Source: a virus | Lineage: Duplodnaviria > Caudoviricetes | Virus record (IMG/VR): IMGVR_UViG_3300042565_002302 | Location: 1 to 54,856 of that record | Reading direction: 5' to 3' (one strand) | Length of the DNA stretch: 54,856 nt | Part shown: positions 50,442 to 54,856 of the stretch, one piece after another | Layout: the number at the start of each line of letters is the position of its first letter | Position numbering within the stretch: position 1 is the stretch's first letter | Notes under the pieces: generated by a model | Database searches by the model: none | What the model was told of the DNA's origin: nothing | Seen by the model: only the letters and a program-made list of their open reading frames with translations | Position numbers and translations under genes: made by a program

Positions 50442-53099
50442 TTAATTTATTTCGTTATATATGAAGTCCCTTAACTTCCAGAATTGATTACAAAAGAAAT
50501 AATAATTTGTTACGTTATTATCATAAGGATTACGTTTTTGAGAATGTTCAACAATATCAAATATCTCATCAGTTATAGGATATAACATTAAATCCATTTC
50601 ACTTAATTTAGGTGCGTTAACACCACCATTATTAGTATCAAAAATATCCTTGAGTGTTTCAATCGCATAAAATGTATTATCGTATTTATTCGCTTCAAAT
50701 GTAGGTAGATACATATTACCAACAATCAATGGAAATACATTTCCTGTAGGTACTTTATAAAACTTTATTGATACATTATCTAAACGACAATTCATTCTAT
50801 AAGAAAGAAATGATGTTTGTATCCTGAAGTACACAATATCATCATCACGTAAATCGTAATTTTGATCTATCGTAAATGTTACTCCCAAATATTTCCATTG
50901 TGAACCAACCCCAACAGAATTAGAAAATTTATCCAACACTATATTCACACCATTACGATACAACATTATTGAAAGTGTATGTACAGAGTTAGTACCTTTT
51001 CCCAATAACTTAAAATCAATTCTACCTTTAATTTTAAAAGTACCAGCATTTCCATTATTAACTTTAAAGTAACTATTTGTAGTCCCACCAAAACCCCAAC
51101 TACCAATATTATTATTATTAAAATAATCCACAAAATCAAAACCCGTATTATTACTTCCAACTCTACCTATTGTGCCGTTAGGGTATAATCCAGTATCTAA
51201 ATCACCTGTTTTTTGAAATGCTATATCATACCCATACGGACCATCATCATCTAATGGTAGCACATTCGGTCCTAATTTACTATTAGGTGAATTTATAAGA
51301 ATAGTACTAATAAAAGAAACTAATTCTATATCACCACTTAAAGGTTTTGTTGAGTATAAATTAGGTAATGGTGAATACATACTTTTTAATAAAATATCAC
51401 TGTATTTTAAATCATTTTCAATATTTAACGCAGAATTATAACCACCATTATTTTCAATATTTAACGCAGAATAATAACCATACTTTGTCCATTGACTTGC
51501 TATCGTATATATATTACTACGTCTATTCTCATAATCCCAATTTAACTCCGCACCATTCCTATATCTAGTACCAACATCTTCATTAGGGTATGGATAATAT
51601 GTAGGATCTATCGAATTATAATAACCATTAGGAAACGGTGAGTGAGGATAGTATTGTGCATTATATTTAATGTCATATTTAGTAACCGTAGTTAATCCTG
51701 TAGATCCATCCAATCCAATTTGTTCGACTAAATCAGCACTATTATTTAAATTAAATCCAATTGCCGATGCTCTAGTGTATGTTCTACCGTCATTCAAATT
51801 AACACTAACTTGATCATTGGTATAAATCATTAAACAATAAGGTGTTTTAGTACAAATTCCAGTTGGGTTACTAGTAAAATCATCATTTGTTTTATACCAA
51901 TTACCTTCTTCATCTATATTATATCTATCCCACTTACAAGGGATAACAGCGTAAAATGATCCATCAAGAAATACATCAGCGGAGACATCAGGGTTATCAA
52001 CATCATAACCGTCAAGTAAAAATGAAACCTTACCACCCATATTTTGTTTTGACGTAGCTAACGCAATATTATTAATGACATACGTTGGCTCTATTGAATT
52101 AAAAACACTATAATCAGAATAGAATGAACCTATTATATAATTACAAGGTTGATATTTATAGTCTAATTTATAGTCGTATCTATTAATACCAATTTCACAA
52201 ATATCGTTATCACCAAAAAAAGATTTAACTTGTACTTGAGCACCTCTTGATATTAAAGTTCCGCTAGAATTAACACTTTTATTATCATTAGGAGTTTGTT
52301 TTTGTATTACAGACACATTATCACCTGTTTGATTTTTTACACCAGATCCACCACCAAAATTACTAAGAGTTGCACCTGTTACAATAATTGCGCTACCACC
52401 ACCTCCACCACCTTCACCACCTCCAACACTTCCAAATATATTTCCAACGTTAATGGTTTGGCCTTTAGTAGATCCTGTAACTATTTGTCCTCCATTAGCT
52501 GTTTTAGGTGATAGATTTACTTGTTGATCCGATTTAAAATCACTTTTATTTTTTTGACCCGTAGCTAATTGTTGAGCTGGTGTTGTACTTAACGAACCAG
52601 CGTCAGTGCTATCAAAGTTCATTAATAAATCACCACTACCTAATGGAACACCAACTAAAACATAATCACCGTTTTTATTGGTTGATGTTACATATTTAAA
52701 ATATTTTTTATAGACATATTCTAACGCAGAATTAGCCATAACTTCATCTTCACTTGGAAAACCACCGACAGGATAATGATTTTTATTTACCTTATATTTA
52801 GGTAGTAAAGGGTAATCTGAATTAACAATACTATTATAAATGGTACTAATTAATACGTTATTTGAATCGGTATCATCTAAAGGTATAATATAACCAATTT
52901 TAACGTTTTCCATCGGAAAATTATTACTGTCAACAACCCTACCTATAATAACACCCCAATCACTACAAGGATTAGGATAAACATCCGTTCCGTAAATACT
53001 TAAAGTTAAGACATCAAGAATATCAAAATCTTGTTCCAGATTTACTTTTAAGTATTGATTTTGATCGGGAAGTATTTTAGTTTTAATTCTATATTTCAT
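50442..53099 (-). CDS. putative virion protein with N-terminal carboxypeptidase-regulatory-like beta sandwich
   Basis: GVIIGRVVDSNNFPMENVKI...TNKNGDYVLVGVPLG; Gly-rich linker. Confidence 0.6.
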   Translation of the reverse strand: MKYRIKTKILPDQNQYLKVNLEQDFDILDVLTLSIYGTDVYPNPCSDWGVIIGRVVDSNNFPMENVKIGYIIPLDDTDSNNVLISTIYNSIVNSDYPLLPKYKVNKNHYPVGGFPSEDEVMANSALEYVYKKYFKYVTSTNKNGDYVLVGVPLGSGDLLMNFDSTDAGSLSTTPAQQLATGQKNKSDFKSDQQVNLSPKTANGGQIVTGSTKGQTINVGNIFGSVGGGEGGGGGGSAIIVTGATLSNFGGGSGVKNQTGDNVSVIQKQTPNDNKSVNSSGTLISRGAQVQVKSFFGDNDICEIGINRYDYKLDYKYQPCNYIIGSFYSDYSVFNSIEPTYVINNIALATSKQNMGGKVSFLLDGYDVDNPDVSADVFLDGSFYAVIPCKWDRYNIDEEGNWYKTNDDFTSNPTGICTKTPYCLMIYTNDQVSVNLNDGRTYTRASAIGFNLNNSADLVEQIGLDGSTGLTTVTKYDIKYNAQYYPHSPFPNGYYNSIDPTYYPYPNEDVGTRYRNGAELNWDYENRRSNIYTIASQWTKYGYYSALNIENNGGYNSALNIENDLKYSDILLKSMYSPLPNLYSTKPLSGDIELVSFISTILINSPNSKLGPNVLPLDDDGPYGYDIAFQKTGDLDTGLYPNGTIGRVGSNNTGFDFVDYFNNNNIGSWGFGGTTNSYFKVNNGNAGTFKIKGRIDFKLLGKGTNSVHTLSIMLYRNGVNIVLDKFSNSVGVGSQWKYLGVTFTIDQNYDLRDDDIVYFRIQTSFLSYRMNCRLDNVSIKFYKVPTGNVFPLIVGNMYLPTFEANKYDNTFYAIETLKDIFDTNNGGVNAPKLSEMDLMLYPITDEIFDIVEHSQKRNPYDNNVTNYYFFCNQFWKLRDFIYNEIN

Positions 53100-53105
53100 T
53101 ATATA

Positions 53106-53149
53106 TATAAATAAAAGATTTTCAAAAAATATAAATAAATATATTTATT
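53106..53149. promoter_or_regulatory. divergent putative late promoters
   Basis: TATTTATA on minus (53106-53113) and TATTTATT on plus (53142-53149), each a few nt before an ATG. Confidence 0.55.
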
Positions 53150-53152
53150 GTT

Positions 53153-53527
53153 ATGGCTAGTATAGGTATATTTTTTCCATTCACAGAAAGTGAAACTGAA
53201 TTTATTAAACAAACAACTACAACTAATGACGAAATACGTTCATCATTAACACATTTATTATTAACCAATAAAGGTGAAAGGTATTATAAACCAGATTTTG
53301 GAACAAATCTTAGAAACTTTATTTTTAATCCAAATGATAATACAACATATGAAGCTATGAGAGAAGAAGTAAAAACTGCTGTTAGTAGATATTTCCCACA
53401 ATTACAAATAACAGATATAATAATAAACGCAAACCCAAATAACGAAAGAAGTGTAAATCTTCAAATTAAATATATAAATAATGCTTCAATATTTGGTAAG
53501 CAAGATACAATTAATATAACAATATAA
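53153..53527 (+). CDS. gp25-like baseplate wedge subunit
   Basis: LLLTNKGERYYKPDFGTNLRNFIF GPW/gp25 motif. Confidence 0.9.
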   Translation: MASIGIFFPFTESETEFIKQTTTTNDEIRSSLTHLLLTNKGERYYKPDFGTNLRNFIFNPNDNTTYEAMREEVKTAVSRYFPQLQITDIIINANPNNERSVNLQIKYINNASIFGKQDTINITI

Positions 53528-54856
53528 TGGCAGAAAGAAAAATATCATACGCAGAACGTGAATTCACAGGTTTAAGAAATGAACTTATTGGTTATGTTCA
53601 AACTTATTATCCTGATTTAATCACTAATTTTGGTGATGCTGGTTTATTCTCAGTATTAGTGGATATAAATGCAGCCGTTGCGGATAACTTAAACTTCCAT
53701 ATCGATAGAAGTATTCAAGAAACTTATCTTCAATTCGCACAACAAACTAATTCAATCTATAACATCGCTAGAACCTATGGTTTAAAAATACCAGGAAATA
53801 GACCTTCAGTTGCCGTATGTCAATTTAGTATAAATGTCCCTGTTGATGGTGATAAAGAAGATGTTAATTATTTAGGTATACTTAAAGCAGGGACTAAAAT
53901 TAGTGGTGGCGGTCAAATATTTGAAACAATAAATGATATTGATTTTTCTTCAACAATAAACTCAAATGGTGCTCAAAATAGATTAAAATTACCTATTTTT
54001 GATACAAATAATAAAGTAGTTTCATATCAAATTATTAAAACTGAAATCGTTGTAAACGGTGAAACAAGAACACTTAGACAAATTATAAACCCATCTAATG
54101 TTAGACCATTTTTTCAAATTATTTTACCTGAAAGAAATGTTCTTTCTGTTAGTTCAATAGTTGTTCAAGATGGAACATCAATTACTACAATACCTGAAGA
54201 TTCAGTATTTTTTGATGATAATCAAAGATGGTTTGAAATGGATGCATTAGCCCAACAAAGAGTTTTTATTGAAGATCCTAACCTTCCTATTGTTGATGGG
54301 ATTAGACAAGGTAAATGGGTTAAAACAAATAAAAAATTTATTACGGAATATACACCAGAAAACTTTATGATTATCACATTTGGTGGTTCTGAAACAGATA
54401 ATGATGCAATAACTCAATTTACTTTAAATGAGTTTAATATTGATTATAATGAACTAACTAATAACCCTGTATTAGGTTTAACACCAAAAGCAAATACCAC
54501 AGTATTTGTTAAATATAGGGTAGGTGGAGGACAACAGTCAATCCTTAACCCTAACACCCTTACAAGAATTACATCATCTAATTTTTTAGTTAATGGACCT
54601 AACTCAACTATTAATACAGCTGTATCTAATTCGTTAAGTGTAACAAATGTCACCTCTTCATTGGGTGGGGCGAATCAACCAACAATAGAAGAAGCTAGAA
54701 ACTTTATAGGTTTTAATTTTGGAGCTCAAGAAAGATGTGTAACTCTTGAAGATTACGACTCACAAATATTTAAAATGCCGGGTAAGTTCGGAGCACCATC
54801 TAAAGTTAGTGTTACCAAAACAGGTAATAAGATAAATGTAAATATTCTAACTACAG
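53527..54856 (+). CDS. gp6/baseplate-J-like wedge protein, 3' truncated (missing from ORF track)
   Basis: ATG overlaps gp25 stop (TAATG); MAERKISYAEREF...IYNIARTYGLK...YRVGGG...GGANQPT...AQERCVTLEDY. Confidence 0.85.
   Translation, partial: MAERKISYAEREFTGLRNELIGYVQTYYPDLITNFGDAGLFSVLVDINAAVADNLNFHIDRSIQETYLQFAQQTNSIYNIARTYGLKIPGNRPSVAVCQFSINVPVDGDKEDVNYLGILKAGTKISGGGQIFETINDIDFSSTINSNGAQNRLKLPIFDTNNKVVSYQIIKTEIVVNGETRTLRQIINPSNVRPFFQIILPERNVLSVSSIVVQDGTSITTIPEDSVFFDDNQRWFEMDALAQQRVFIEDPNLPIVDGIRQGKWVKTNKKFITEYTPENFMIITFGGSETDNDAITQFTLNEFNIDYNELTNNPVLGLTPKANTTVFVKYRVGGGQQSILNPNTLTRITSSNFLVNGPNSTINTAVSNSLSVTNVTSSLGGANQPTIEEARNFIGFNFGAQERCVTLEDYDSQIFKMPGKFGAPSKVSVTKTGNKINVNILTT

Noticed and set aside
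1617-54653. Other overlapping ORFs in the track (e.g. 1617, 10934, 12380, 13994, 15946, 16907, 20866, 24565, 24784, 27317, 27349, 27486, 28507, 29134, 30279, 31898, 33854, 34027, 34919, 37131, 42127, 45399, 50966, 51368, 52296, 54444)
   Set aside because: They lie within or opposite well-supported genes and have shadow-like composition.
1-54856. Stop-codon reassignment as seen in some large phages
   Set aside because: Genes tile densely and conserved enzymes are full-length under the standard code; TAG and TGA act as normal stops.
1-54856. tRNA, rRNA or structured ncRNA genes
   Set aside because: Intergenic gaps are short and AT-rich; no cloverleaf or T-loop motifs noticed by eye. tRNAscan/Infernal were not run.

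Overview
Very AT-rich, gene-dense, standard-code segment of a large T4-like/jumbo myophage. The host is probably Bacteroidota, judged from TAnnTTTG promoter elements, a bS21 gene and a Bacteroidota-type lipoprotein signal. From left to right it holds: putative virion-internal protein genes, including a 1668-aa modular polyprotein (MORN-like repeat modules, an ADP-ribosyltransferase-like domain, a Pol-beta nucleotidyltransferase) and a truncated paralog at the window start; a Dam-like methylase; bS21 beside a putative lysis cassette; ClpC-like ATPase, sigma-70 and Nudix genes; a 49-aa tandem-repeat protein; SbcC/Rad50; a second methylase; an RNA end-repair cluster (phosphoesterase, Rnl1-like ligase, CCA-adding-type enzyme, PNK-like kinase); RuvC; and a large tail/baseplate block ending in gp25- and gp6-like genes. 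The most striking inferred system is a set of late-expressed proteins built from modules separated by (I/L)-x-E sites, which match the T4 prohead-protease consensus. Several modules carry a conserved KKKLFIPR header followed by arrays of 72-bp MORN repeats with a near-invariant scaffold and three shuffled, aromatic-rich hypervariable sites. This looks like a head-packaged, protease-released repertoire of variable binders co-delivered with enzymatic effectors. All family assignments come from motif recognition by eye; no searches were run.
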